Positions 18,519 through 28,196 of a stretch of 64,000 bases of DNA are shown here, in pieces. A model generated the notes under the pieces. It did not search any database and was not told the DNA's origin. It saw nothing but the letters and a program-made list of their open reading frames with translations. The DNA is from Acidobacteriota bacterium. Lineage in GTDB: Bacteria; Acidobacteriota; UBA890; WLXD01. Where the stretch lies: contig CBDBHB010000009.1 in the NCBI GenBank assembly GCA_965205505.1, positions 512,001 to 576,000 of the forward strand, written 5' to 3'. Within the stretch, counting starts at the first letter, position 1. Every line of letters begins with the position of its first letter. Position numbers and translations under genes: made by a program.

Positions 18519-19762
18519 ACGACACGGCCGAGCCGGTCGACCAGGACGCCCTCGTCGACGAGATTGCAGCCGGTACCCGGCGCTTTCATCAGCTGCCGCC
18601 CGAGCTCAGCGCTGCTGATGCAGCAGCCATTCGACGGCAGGCCCTCGAGCGCCTCGCCGGAGCAACTCTGACACACACCGGCAAGTACTCGTTCGACGCG
18701 ACGCGCGCCGCCGGCAGCCATTGCGAGAATCTGATCGGTGTGACACAGGTGCCGGTCGGCATAGCAGGGCCACTGCTCGTGCGGGGTGATTACGTCGACG
18801 GTGAGGTCTATGTCCCTCTGGCCACGACGGAGGGAGCGCTCGTCGCCAGCATAAACCGAGGCTGTGCGGCCATCCGGGCCGCTGGCGGGGCCACCGTGTA
18901 TGTGGAGGACGTCGGCATGACCCGGGCGCCGGTGTTTCGCTCCAGCGGGCTGGCGCAGACACGTGAATTCCTCCGGTGGGTTACCGACAACGAGGATGAG
19001 ATCCGCTCCGTGGCAGAGGGCACGAGCCGTTTCCTGCAGCTCGTGGATATCCGCCCCTATGCTTTCGGTACCACGATCTTCCTGCGCTTCAGGTTCCGCT
19101 CAGGCGACGCGATGGGAATGAACATGGCAACCATCGCCTGCGATCAGCTAGTACGCGAGCTGATCGAGCCAGCGACCGGCGTGCGTTGCGTCGCTCTTTC
19201 CGGAAACTACTGTACCGACAAGAAGCCCGCAGCGATCAACTTTCAGGAAGGCCGCGGCAAGCGCATACATGCGCAGGTCAGACTCGACGCCGATGTGCTG
19301 GCGCGCCTGAAGACGAGCTCGGCCGAGCTGCTCGAGGTGCAGTACCGCAAGAACCTGCTGGGCTCGATCGCTGCCGGTTCGATAGGTTTCAACGCCCACG
19401 TCGCCAATGTCCTCGCGGCAGTGTTTCTCGCCACTGGGCAGGATCCGGCACACGTAGTGGAAGGGTCGATGGGAATCACCTCCATCGAGCCTGGCGACGA
19501 GGGTGGCGTGGTGGCATCGATGTACCTGCCTGCTGTCCCGCTGGCGGCGATCGGCGGTGGTACTGCGCTCGATACGCAACGCGAGGCGCTCGCTTTGCTC
19601 GGCGTCGCGCCGGAGCCGGACCGGCCTGGCGTCGCGGTGTTGCGATTGGCCGAGATCCTCGGCGCCGCCGTTCTCGCAGGCGAGCTGTCGCTGCTGGCCG
19701 CCCTTACCTCTCAGGACCTCGCCGGCGCCCACAAGCGGCTGGGGCGCGCCCAGGCCGGCTAG
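18515..19762 (+). CDS. hmgA: Class I (NADPH-type) HMG-CoA reductase
   Basis: CENLIG, PLATTEGALVASINRG, GMTRAP, GDAMGMNM, SGNYCTDKK, TGQD.AH, GGGT, C-terminal catalytic His. Confidence 0.96.
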   Translation: MNDTAEPVDQDALVDEIAAGTRRFHQLPPELSAADAAAIRRQALERLAGATLTHTGKYSFDATRAAGSHCENLIGVTQVPVGIAGPLLVRGDYVDGEVYVPLATTEGALVASINRGCAAIRAAGGATVYVEDVGMTRAPVFRSSGLAQTREFLRWVTDNEDEIRSVAEGTSRFLQLVDIRPYAFGTTIFLRFRFRSGDAMGMNMATIACDQLVRELIEPATGVRCVALSGNYCTDKKPAAINFQEGRGKRIHAQVRLDADVLARLKTSSAELLEVQYRKNLLGSIAAGSIGFNAHVANVLAAVFLATGQDPAHVVEGSMGITSIEPGDEGGVVASMYLPAVPLAAIGGGTALDTQREALALLGVAPEPDRPGVAVLRLAEILGAAVLAGELSLLAALTSQDLAGAHKRLGRAQAG

Positions 19763-19774
19763 GCGGTCACACCG

Positions 19775-20893
19775 ATGGATGCAGCGCGGTCGCTCGAACG
19801 GCGCTTGCTAGCACGCGTTTCAGTGCCTGGAAAGCTCATCCTCATGGGTGAACATGCCGTCGTCTACGGTCGACCGGCGCTGGTGGCCGCCACCAGCCTG
19901 CGCCTACGGATCGACCTGTACCGCAGCCACCGGGCCGGCGTGGAAGTGGAGCTGCCGGAGCTCCAGTACCAAGACCATGTCTCGTGGCAGGAGATCCTGC
20001 GTTATGCGAGCCGAATGCGGCAACGGTGGGAACGCTACGATGCGAGCCCGACGCCCGAGGTGTTCGCTAGCCTTCAGGACGACCGCGCCGACCGGCTGGT
20101 GCTGCTCGCACTGGGCGAGGCCATCACGGCGCTGGGTGAGGATCCGGGCGCGAAGGGCCATCCGCTGAGCGCGCTGCGGCTTCGGGTGGACTCGGCGGTG
20201 CCGATGCAGGCCGGCTTCGGGAGCTCCGCCGCCATCGCTGTGGCGGTGGTGACGGCGGTTTGTGCGCTCTTCGGCCGGGCGGAGAGGTGGTCGCTGATCG
20301 GGCCGATCGCGGGCGAGGTGGAGCGCCGGCAGCATGGCGCGCCGTCTGGTGTAGACGTCGCGACCGTGTTTCACGGCGGCATGTTGCGCGCCCGCCGCGC
20401 CGGCGAAGAGCTATCGATCGAGCCGCTGGCGGCGCGCCCTGACACCCTGCGGCGGCTGCGCCTCTTCGATACGGGTCGCTCGGCCGAGCCGACCGGCACG
20501 GTGGTCGCGGCAGTACGAGCACAGCATGACCTTCACCCAGGCAGCTTCGAGGAGTCGTTGGACGCCGCCGAAACCGCAACCCTGGCCTTCCAGGCTGCGG
20601 TTACCGCCTCGGCCGACCGGATCGACTTAGTGCCACCGATCCGCGATGCTCAGCGCTACCTGGAGTCTCTCGGGGTGGTGCCCGAGCCAGTATGCGACGC
20701 TGTCCGCGCTATCGAAGCGCTGGGTGGCGCTGCCAAAATCTCTGGTTCGGGTTCGCTCGCAGGTCCAGGGGCCGGGTCCTTGTTGGTACTGCTGCCGGAT
20801 GGCATCGAGAATCTCCCCGAGCCGCTGGCGAGGTTTCCGGAGCACGAAGTGTCGCTGGGCGCCGAGGGTGTGTGGGTAGAGGTGGTGTCATGA
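19775..20893 (+). CDS. mvk: Mevalonate kinase (GHMP)
   Basis: PGKLILMGEHAVVYG, GFGSSAA, HG.PSGVD, KISGSG. Confidence 0.9.
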   Translation: MDAARSLERRLLARVSVPGKLILMGEHAVVYGRPALVAATSLRLRIDLYRSHRAGVEVELPELQYQDHVSWQEILRYASRMRQRWERYDASPTPEVFASLQDDRADRLVLLALGEAITALGEDPGAKGHPLSALRLRVDSAVPMQAGFGSSAAIAVAVVTAVCALFGRAERWSLIGPIAGEVERRQHGAPSGVDVATVFHGGMLRARRAGEELSIEPLAARPDTLRRLRLFDTGRSAEPTGTVVAAVRAQHDLHPGSFEESLDAAETATLAFQAAVTASADRIDLVPPIRDAQRYLESLGVVPEPVCDAVRAIEALGGAAKISGSGSLAGPGAGSLLVLLPDGIENLPEPLARFPEHEVSLGAEGVWVEVVS

Positions 20894-21915
20894 GTCGCAG
20901 CGCCACCGTCGAAGCACCTTCCAATATTGCGTTTGTGAAGTACTGGGGTGCCGCTGACCTGGAGAAGGCCATCCCACTCAACGCCTCGATCTCGATGTCG
21001 TTGCGGGCGTGCGTTACAAGGACGAGCGTCGAGACGCTCGCGGCCGGCGCCGACGACGAGATCTGGATATGTGTCGAGGGTCAATGGCGTCGCGCCGAAG
21101 GGGCGTTCGAGCATCGCGCCGCAGCGCATCTGGAGGGTATGCGGCGCTGGGCCAAAGTCGACGTGGGTTTTAGGGTTGCCACGGAGAACAGCTTTCCCGC
21201 CGCCGCCGGTATTGCCTCGTCGGCTTCCGGCTTTGCGGCACTTACCATGGCAGTGCTGGCGGCGCTCGAGCGAGAGCCGGCGGGCGATGAGCTATCGAAT
21301 CTGGCGCGGTTGTCTGGCTCGGGCTCCGCATCGCGGTCGGTTTTCGGCGGCTACGTGCAGTGGCCGCACGGCGACGAGGCGGACCCGTGGCGCGCCGCGC
21401 CGCTGGCGACAGCCTCGCATTGGGACCTGCGCGACGTAATCGCCATTGTGCAGACCGGTCCCAAGGCAGTGTCGTCTCTCGAGGGGCACGCCGGTGCCAC
21501 CACCAGCCCCCATTTCGCGCGCCGGCAGGAGCTGATCCCGTCGCGACTTCAACGGGTGCGCGACGCCATCGCGGCGCGCGACCTGGACCGACTCGGTCCG
21601 GTCGTCGAAGAAGACGCAATTGAGCTCCACCTGGTAGCGATGTCCTCGCAGCCCCCGATCTTCTACTGGCGGCCGGCGACGCTTCGCGTGCTGGACCATG
21701 TTCGCGTTCTGCGCAACGGCGGCACGTCGGCGTGGGCAACGATGGACGCCGGGGCGAACGTGCATGTGATTTGCTCTGCCGATGACGAGGAGGACGTCGC
21801 CGCCGGGCTGGAGGCGCTGGATGGTGTCCAAGCCGTGATCCGCGACGGCGTGGGCTCGGGCCCGCGGGCCCTGCCGGTATCGTTGTTCGACGCTCTCGAT
21901 CGAGCGCGACCGTGA
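20890..21915 (+). CDS. mvaD: MvaD-family decarboxylase, by context probably phosphomevalonate decarboxylase
   Basis: SNIAFVKYWG, NSFPAAAGIASSASGFAAL, SGSASRS, TMDAGANVH. Confidence 0.9.
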   Translation: MSRSATVEAPSNIAFVKYWGAADLEKAIPLNASISMSLRACVTRTSVETLAAGADDEIWICVEGQWRRAEGAFEHRAAAHLEGMRRWAKVDVGFRVATENSFPAAAGIASSASGFAALTMAVLAALEREPAGDELSNLARLSGSGSASRSVFGGYVQWPHGDEADPWRAAPLATASHWDLRDVIAIVQTGPKAVSSLEGHAGATTSPHFARRQELIPSRLQRVRDAIAARDLDRLGPVVEEDAIELHLVAMSSQPPIFYWRPATLRVLDHVRVLRNGGTSAWATMDAGANVHVICSADDEEDVAAGLEALDGVQAVIRDGVGSGPRALPVSLFDALDRARP

Positions 21916-22712
21916 ACGATCTGGTGGTGATCAAGCTGGGCGGCAGCTTGATCACCCACAAGCGCCGCCATCGAACGGTAAGGCGGGCTGAGCTTTCGCG
22001 ACTCGCCGGCGAGATCGCGGCGCTGACCCGCGGCTCTCGATTCCCGGTGCTGCTAGGGCACGGCAGCGGGTCCTTCGGGCACGTCGCGGCAGCGCAGTCG
22101 GGCGTCCATGAGGGGATGGCCGGGCGTGGCGCGCGGGTCGGTGTTTCGCAGACGCAGGCTGCCGCTTCCGAGCTGCACGCGATTGTCATGAGCGCTCTGC
22201 GTGAGGCCGGCGTGGCTGCCTACTCGGTGGCTCCGTCGAGCGCCATTGTTGCCCGAGGCCCCGGTCTTCGGCCGAGCGTGCACCTGGAGCCAGTGCGGCG
22301 AGCGCTCGACAGTGGACTGCTACCCGTTATGTATGGCGACATCGTCATGGACCGGCAACGTGGCTGTTCGATCTGCTCCACCGAAACGGCACTGCTTGCA
22401 TTCGCTCGCTCGCTAGGCTCGTCGAATCGGTGTGTCTCCGATGCCATCTGGCTCGGAGACACCGACGGCATTCTTGATGGAGATGGGGTGAGCGTTGCTC
22501 GCGTCCGCTTGCGAGATGCCAGGCGCGTCCGTCGCCTGGTGAGCGGCGCGGCCGCGACCGATGTGACCGGCGGCATGCGCCATCGCCTCGAGGCTGCGTT
22601 GGCGCTAGCCCGCATCGGCGTGCGGTCCTATCTGCTCGATGGCCGTCGGCCGGGCATCCTGCGACGTGCGCTGCGAGGCGCCACGGTGCCGGGGACGATC
22701 GTCGAGCCCTGA
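21912..22712 (+). CDS. Isopentenyl phosphate kinase (amino acid kinase fold)
   Basis: KLGGSLITHK, HGSGSFGH with the IPK-diagnostic His, YGD, DVTGGM. Confidence 0.88.
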   Translation: MNDLVVIKLGGSLITHKRRHRTVRRAELSRLAGEIAALTRGSRFPVLLGHGSGSFGHVAAAQSGVHEGMAGRGARVGVSQTQAAASELHAIVMSALREAGVAAYSVAPSSAIVARGPGLRPSVHLEPVRRALDSGLLPVMYGDIVMDRQRGCSICSTETALLAFARSLGSSNRCVSDAIWLGDTDGILDGDGVSVARVRLRDARRVRRLVSGAAATDVTGGMRHRLEAALALARIGVRSYLLDGRRPGILRRALRGATVPGTIVEP

Positions 22713-22760
22713 GCAGCGGCGGCTTTCGTCGCCTGGGCCGCGCCGCCGCCAAGGTGGATA

Positions 22761-23714
22761 ATGGTCCTCGGCCAGCCAAAGCCAGGCGCACGCATGGACC
22801 GCATCGAAGACCTTCTCGAGAAGACCAGCCGCACGTTCGCGCTATCGATCCCGTTGCTGCCGGAGCCGACCCGCCGCGAGCTCGGGATCGCCTACCTGCT
22901 ATTCCGCATTGCGGACACCTTCGAGGATGCGTCCGAATGGGGCCGACAGCGGCGGATCGATGCCCTCGAGGAGTTCATGAGCCTGGTTCGACATCCAGAC
23001 GAGCAGCGAGCCGCGAAGCTCGGACGCAGCTGGGCCACTTCCGTACCGATTGATCATCCCGGCTATCTCGAGCTACTCCGCGAATCGGCAACCGTGATCC
23101 GGGAGTACCAGCGTCTGCAGCCTGGCGCACGGGGGATCATCCGCAAGCACACGTTGCGGACCGCTGCCGGCATGGCCGGATTCGTCAATCGCTCTGTCGA
23201 TGGTGTGCTCAAGCTCGAGTCTCTAGCTGACCTACGCGAGTATTGTTACGTGGTTGCCGGTATTGTCGGTGAGCTCAGCACCGACTTGTTCCTTCTCGAG
23301 CGCCCGCAGCTGGCGTCGTCGATCGAGTTCTTGCAACAGCGCGCTGCGCGGTTTGGTGAGGCGCTGCAGCTGGTCAACATCCTCAAGGATGCTGCCGACG
23401 ACCGGCGTGAGGGGCGGTGTTACCTGCCCGCGGCGCTGAAGCGCAGGGAGATCTTCCGGTTGGCCCATGAAGATCTCCGAGTAGCGGCGCACTACACCAA
23501 CGCACTGCAGGCGGCGAGCGCGCCGCGCGGCATCATCGCGTTCTGCGCCCTGCCGACACGGCTTGCCGTCGTTGCCCTCGACGTCGTCGAGCGATGCGGG
23601 CCCGGCGCAAAGATCTCCCGCGAAGAGGTTGCCGAGATCGTCCAGGCCATGAACCTAGATCTCGAGGCCGGTGCTCCAGCGGTGCCGATTCCAGCAACCG
23701 CGAAACCGACGTGA
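22761..23714 (+). CDS. Squalene synthase-like (squalene/phytoene synthase family)
   Basis: SRTFALSI, YLLFRIADTFED, YCYVVAGIVG, FGEALQLVNILKD, GRCYLP. Confidence 0.88.
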   Translation: MVLGQPKPGARMDRIEDLLEKTSRTFALSIPLLPEPTRRELGIAYLLFRIADTFEDASEWGRQRRIDALEEFMSLVRHPDEQRAAKLGRSWATSVPIDHPGYLELLRESATVIREYQRLQPGARGIIRKHTLRTAAGMAGFVNRSVDGVLKLESLADLREYCYVVAGIVGELSTDLFLLERPQLASSIEFLQQRAARFGEALQLVNILKDAADDRREGRCYLPAALKRREIFRLAHEDLRVAAHYTNALQAASAPRGIIAFCALPTRLAVVALDVVERCGPGAKISREEVAEIVQAMNLDLEAGAPAVPIPATAKPT

Positions 23715-23743
23715 CCAAGCCGGCGGCTGGCGCGGTTGCGAGA

Positions 23744-24565
23744 TCATTTTCCGGCGCCTTCGGGGTTAGCTCTCGTGGCGCGGTCGATCCAGGCGTCGGC
23801 GTCCGGATGGCCGCGTTGCTGCCATTCCCGGGCTCGATCGATGGTCCGCCGATAAGCGTCGCGGCTTGCCGCGTCGTCTTCGACTTCGGCGTAGGCCTCG
23901 GCTAGCGCGAGGAGGTTTGGCGGGTACTCGGGGTAGAGCTCGACGGCCCGTTGCGCCTGCTCCAGGCCCTCGTCCGCGTTGCCGGGACCGGTGGGCCAAC
24001 CGGGCGCTTGCACCAGCATCTGCGATAGCACGCGTCGGGGTCCGGCGTAGTCGAGGCGTTCGTGCCCGGCGATGGCAGCGCGGAGCTCGCGTTCCATTAT
24101 GCGTAGCCCGTCCGAAGCCGTGGCGCGACGCTGGTTGGCTTGTACGCCGATGGCGATCGCCAGCCAGTAATGACAGTCCGGGTTTGTTGGCTCCCGTCTT
24201 CGACACCACTGGGCTGTTTGCACTGCCTCGGTGGCCTTGTCCCTGCGTGCCTGCGGATCGTCCAGATGCTCCCCAAGCCAGGTCTGTGCCCTCACGGCAC
24301 CGATGACTGCCAGCGCGCTGGACGGACGGGCGATGGCAGATCGGATCCAAAGAGCCTCGGCCTGGCGCACCGCGTCGACATTGGGGCGTCGCCCGAATTC
24401 TCCCTCGGCGTCGGCCGCCAGACGGGCAGCCTCCTGCGCGTCGACGCGTTCCGGATCGACGTGGCCGAGCGCCGAACTCGTGTCAAGCGGCTGGAGTGCA
24501 GCGGCACACGCGGACGAAGTAAGGGCTGCGGCAGCTAGCAAGGCGGCGCCACGACGAAGCCTCAT
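23744..24565 (-). CDS. TPR-like lipoprotein (BstC/TatT-like)
   Basis: Lipobox-like LTSSAC; helical repeats; YWLAIAIG, LDYAGPRRVL..QAPGWP.GPG; last gene of the MMPL operon. Confidence 0.6.
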   Translation of the reverse strand: MRLRRGAALLAAAALTSSACAAALQPLDTSSALGHVDPERVDAQEAARLAADAEGEFGRRPNVDAVRQAEALWIRSAIARPSSALAVIGAVRAQTWLGEHLDDPQARRDKATEAVQTAQWCRRREPTNPDCHYWLAIAIGVQANQRRATASDGLRIMERELRAAIAGHERLDYAGPRRVLSQMLVQAPGWPTGPGNADEGLEQAQRAVELYPEYPPNLLALAEAYAEVEDDAASRDAYRRTIDRAREWQQRGHPDADAWIDRATRANPEGAGK

Positions 24566-25434
24566 TGAGCCGCCGAGTATGCCGCCCGGGCAAGGCCCAG
24601 CGCCTCAGCGTCCAGGGCTTCGAAGCGCTGTAGCTGCATGGTTTCGAGCACGTCAGCGAAGCTCGCCGACTCGTGGACACCGAGTAGCCCCTTGACCAGC
24701 TGCTGGCGCACCGGCTCGGGGACGCGGTCGCCCAGGGCGACGACGAGCCAGGCCAAGAGAGGCGGCGACGTTGCCACCACCTCGAGCGACTCCGCGCCCG
24801 GAAACGAAGCCAACGCGGCGGTCTGGGGGCCATCGAGAAGTACGGCAACTTCCTCGCCGGCGGCCACTCGGCGTATGCCGGCAAGCACCCGCCGCGTGAA
24901 CTTGACCGAAAGCGAATCCGGGAGCGCTCCCCAATCCGCCAGCGCCGGCCCGCGTACGAAACTGGGTGCGTATGCCGGAAGCCCTAATAGCTCCCAGCCA
25001 GCGAGCGACTCGGGCCCGGTGATCACCCCGGCGGAAGCCACCAGGCTCCAACGCTCGGTAGCGCTCCCGGACGCCTGCACCGCCTGCGCCACCGCGGTGA
25101 GCGCCAGCTCCTGCTCGTACTTCAGATACAAGGGCAGTGGCACCAGCGCCAACGACGTGGCGTTGTCGCGTAGACGACTCACCCCGGCTTCCTCGCTCGG
25201 ATGGTATTCGGCCGTCAAGGTCCCTGCCGGCCACCCGGAGGCGTCCGAGACCATCGCCGCGAAATCGTTCATCGTCGGCTGCGCCTGCTCGGTGTTGCTC
25301 GGATACCCTGGCGCGCAGGCCACCAGCCGCAGAGTGTCCAGGCCGGCGAATGCGCCACCCCGACTCCCGCCGCCGGCCGGCGGTACAGTTGCCGTCGTTG
25401 CAAACAGCGCCACCGCGAAGAGAAGCTTGTTCAT
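24562..25434 (-). CDS. Periplasmic binding protein, phosphonate-binding-like fold (BstB-like); alternative start 25455
   Basis: Signal peptide MNKLLFAVAL; CAPGYP...AQPTM..FA N-terminus; two-lobe binding-protein pattern; 4-nt overlap with the lipoprotein gene. Confidence 0.6.
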   Translation of the reverse strand: MNKLLFAVALFATTATVPPAGGGSRGGAFAGLDTLRLVACAPGYPSNTEQAQPTMNDFAAMVSDASGWPAGTLTAEYHPSEEAGVSRLRDNATSLALVPLPLYLKYEQELALTAVAQAVQASGSATERWSLVASAGVITGPESLAGWELLGLPAYAPSFVRGPALADWGALPDSLSVKFTRRVLAGIRRVAAGEEVAVLLDGPQTAALASFPGAESLEVVATSPPLLAWLVVALGDRVPEPVRQQLVKGLLGVHESASFADVLETMQLQRFEALDAEALGLARAAYSAAQ

Positions 25435-25502
25435 CGTCGGCGCGGATCCGTTCACCTGTGGCGAAGGTTGTCAGTAGTCTTCGAAAGAATACCCGCGACC
25501 CT

Positions 25503-28196
25503 TCAGCGGCGCGCGATCCCGCTCACGATCAGCAGGTTCGGCAGCACGATCAAGGCGGCGATCGTGCAAGCGCCGACCCCCAGCAACAGCAGGGCCCCGA
25601 GGCTCGCCATGCCACGATGTGTAGCGAACACGAGGCTCCCGAATCCCACCATGGTCGTAAGCGAAGCGATGAGGATCGCCCGCCCGGTATGCGAAACGAC
25701 CGTCATGATGCCGGCGCTGCCCTCCAGTCGCAGTCGGTGGATGATGTGGACTCCGGCATCGATGCCAACACCCAGGACGATCGGTACCGCCACCAGGTTG
25801 GCGAAATTGAACGACAGGCCGAGTGCCCACATGAGTCCGAGCATCCATACCGTCCCGAAGAAGACGGGTACGAGTGCCAGGGCCGTGTGTTGCGTGTTAC
25901 GCAGATCCAGTAGCAACACCAGGAACACGAGCAACGCGGCGCTCGCGAATGCTAGCCCGAACCCCGAGGTGATCAAGGCAGAATGGCTCTCGAAAAGCAC
26001 CGGAAAGCCGATGGCATTGCTGGCGACGCGGCGCGACGCGACGTTGAACTGTCCCAGGAAGCCGGTGTCATAGATGTCGCCCGCCGGGAACAGATAGCCG
26101 ACGTATCGACCGTCCTCGGTCATGAACCGATCGACGATCTCGGAAGGCAAGGATGCGCGGGTCGGGAGCGGCACGCTGGCGGCGTCGCGCAGCTGCTGTA
26201 GGGCGCTGAACGCCACGACGCGCAGCGCCTCCTGCGCTTCGGCCCACTCGGCGAGCCTCTCCGGGCTCGCCGCCATCGCTAGCTCGATGGCTCCTGCGGT
26301 CGCCTGACGGGCCTTCTCCAGGGCTCCGGACACCCCTCCCAGCCCGGCAACGAATGCGTCGTCGGCGGCGGTGGCGAGGGCAGACTCGAGTCGCAACAGC
26401 GAGTCACTCAGTCGGCGCCCGTCGAACGCGGCCACGGTCAGCTCGATGACTTCCAGAGTCCTACGGGCGCGCGCCGCGGCGGCCTCCGACGCGAGCGGTT
26501 GATCGGGCAGGAATGTGAGTATCGATTCGAACCGACGGATGCTGGCCTCGTCCTCGGCGCGCGAGCGTAGCGCGCGGAGCTGCTCCAGATCCTCGGCGAC
26601 GACGAGGTTGAAGTCGTGGCTGAGCGCCGACTCGTCGTTGATGATCTCCAGATAATGGATTGACTCGGAACCTGCCGGGAGAAGCTCTAGCAGGCTCGGC
26701 TCCAGCTCCACGCGGCTCGCTGCGAGCCCGGCGATCGCGGTCAGGCCGATCGCCAGCGCGACGACGAGGCCCGGTGACGCGCAGACCCAACGGGCCGCCC
26801 GATCGTCCCAGATCTGGTCAACGGCGGCACGCGCTGCCGCGTTGTCGTGTTCGGGGGCACCGCGCAACAGCAGCAGTGCCGGTAGCACTAGCAGGGCGGC
26901 AAGCAGGCACAGCAGCACGCCGACGCTGGTAACCAGGCCCAGCTGGGAAAAACCACGAAAATCCATGAGCAGCAGACAGGCGAACGCGGCCGAGGTGGTG
27001 AACGCAGACGCGACGACCGCGGCACTCGTCGTTCGAAGCGTGGCGCGCACGGCCTCCCGGCGACCCTTGTTCTGCCGTTCGAGCTCGTACTGCGATAGGG
27101 GGTGCACTGCGTAGTCGATACCCATGCCGACGAGAATGGGGATCAGTGCCGTGGTGATGATGTTGAGCGACCCGATCTCCAGCTGCACCGCGCCAATCGA
27201 CCAGGTGACTCCGGCCGCCAGGGTCGCCAGGCCGAGCAGAGCGTGGCGTCGCCGGCGGAACACCAGCAACGAGATTCCGAGCACGCCGACGATGGCGATC
27301 AACGAGGTGCGGCGGGTGTCCCGTCCTATGGCATTCATCTCTTCCACGGCCATCGCGGCCGGGCCGGTGAGTCCATAGCGAACGCCTGCACGCTCCGACA
27401 ACACGGCCGCGACGGCCACCCGGACGCTATCCACCAGCGCCCGCTGAGCTTCCAGGCTGTCATCGAAATACGCAGGGCTGACCAGTACGAACACGACACG
27501 CTCATCGCTGGTCGACAGGTAGCCATCGCCGGTCAACGATCCGCGCCGCCCGCTGTCTATCAGCATTAGCGGCACCTGCTTCAGCCGATCGACAAACCCA
27601 TGAGGATCGGTGAGGAAGTCGCGCTCGGCGTCGACGAGGTCGAGCAGCCAGGCGGCCGCTACGGCGGCATCGTCGGACGGCAAGACACTGCCTGATTCGA
27701 GCGAATCCTCGATGTCAGTGGCGCTGCGCAGGTTCAGATCGGCCCAGCTCGTCAGGATCAGCTTGCCGTCGACGGCAAGTAGCCGCTGCACCATCTCGAA
27801 CGCTTGTTCGACCATGTCCGCCGGTGCCAGGGCAAGCGCATGATCGGCAAGCCAATCGAAGTCGACGCGGTAGAACACGCTACGTACCTGCGGGTCCGCT
27901 TGCAGGTGCTCGGCGATCTCGCGTGCTGTGGTTTCCAGGTCCTCGACCGATACGCCGCTTGCGCTTGCTTCCAGCGCGATAATGAGCGGCTCGGCGCTGG
28001 CGAACTGTGAGCGCAGCGAGTTCCATCGCGCCTGGCTCACGTCATCTTCCGGCACCAGCTCTTGTCGGGAGGTCAGAAGCTCGATTCCCGTCCCCAGCCA
28101 AATGGAGATCGCGCCCAGCGCTAGAGCGACGGTAAGCACGGCGCGTGGATGGTCCAGAACCAGCGACTCGGCGCGCCTGAGCACAAGGCGTATCAT
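25503..28196 (-). CDS. MMPL/RND lipid transporter (HpnN/BstA-like)
   Basis: Duplicated halves with GLTGP, GMGIDYAVH and GVGIDAGVH, SLTTMVGFGSL; ~12 TM helices. Confidence 0.92.
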   Translation of the reverse strand: MIRLVLRRAESLVLDHPRAVLTVALALGAISIWLGTGIELLTSRQELVPEDDVSQARWNSLRSQFASAEPLIIALEASASGVSVEDLETTAREIAEHLQADPQVRSVFYRVDFDWLADHALALAPADMVEQAFEMVQRLLAVDGKLILTSWADLNLRSATDIEDSLESGSVLPSDDAAVAAAWLLDLVDAERDFLTDPHGFVDRLKQVPLMLIDSGRRGSLTGDGYLSTSDERVVFVLVSPAYFDDSLEAQRALVDSVRVAVAAVLSERAGVRYGLTGPAAMAVEEMNAIGRDTRRTSLIAIVGVLGISLLVFRRRRHALLGLATLAAGVTWSIGAVQLEIGSLNIITTALIPILVGMGIDYAVHPLSQYELERQNKGRREAVRATLRTTSAAVVASAFTTSAAFACLLLMDFRGFSQLGLVTSVGVLLCLLAALLVLPALLLLRGAPEHDNAAARAAVDQIWDDRAARWVCASPGLVVALAIGLTAIAGLAASRVELEPSLLELLPAGSESIHYLEIINDESALSHDFNLVVAEDLEQLRALRSRAEDEASIRRFESILTFLPDQPLASEAAAARARRTLEVIELTVAAFDGRRLSDSLLRLESALATAADDAFVAGLGGVSGALEKARQATAGAIELAMAASPERLAEWAEAQEALRVVAFSALQQLRDAASVPLPTRASLPSEIVDRFMTEDGRYVGYLFPAGDIYDTGFLGQFNVASRRVASNAIGFPVLFESHSALITSGFGLAFASAALLVFLVLLLDLRNTQHTALALVPVFFGTVWMLGLMWALGLSFNFANLVAVPIVLGVGIDAGVHIIHRLRLEGSAGIMTVVSHTGRAILIASLTTMVGFGSLVFATHRGMASLGALLLLGVGACTIAALIVLPNLLIVSGIARR

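Noticed and set aside
22761-23714. Carotenoid (CrtB) or HpnC/HpnD assignment
   Set aside because: RIADTFED and YCYVVAG.VG fit single-enzyme squalene synthases better and no crtI or hpnE is nearby; not fully excluded
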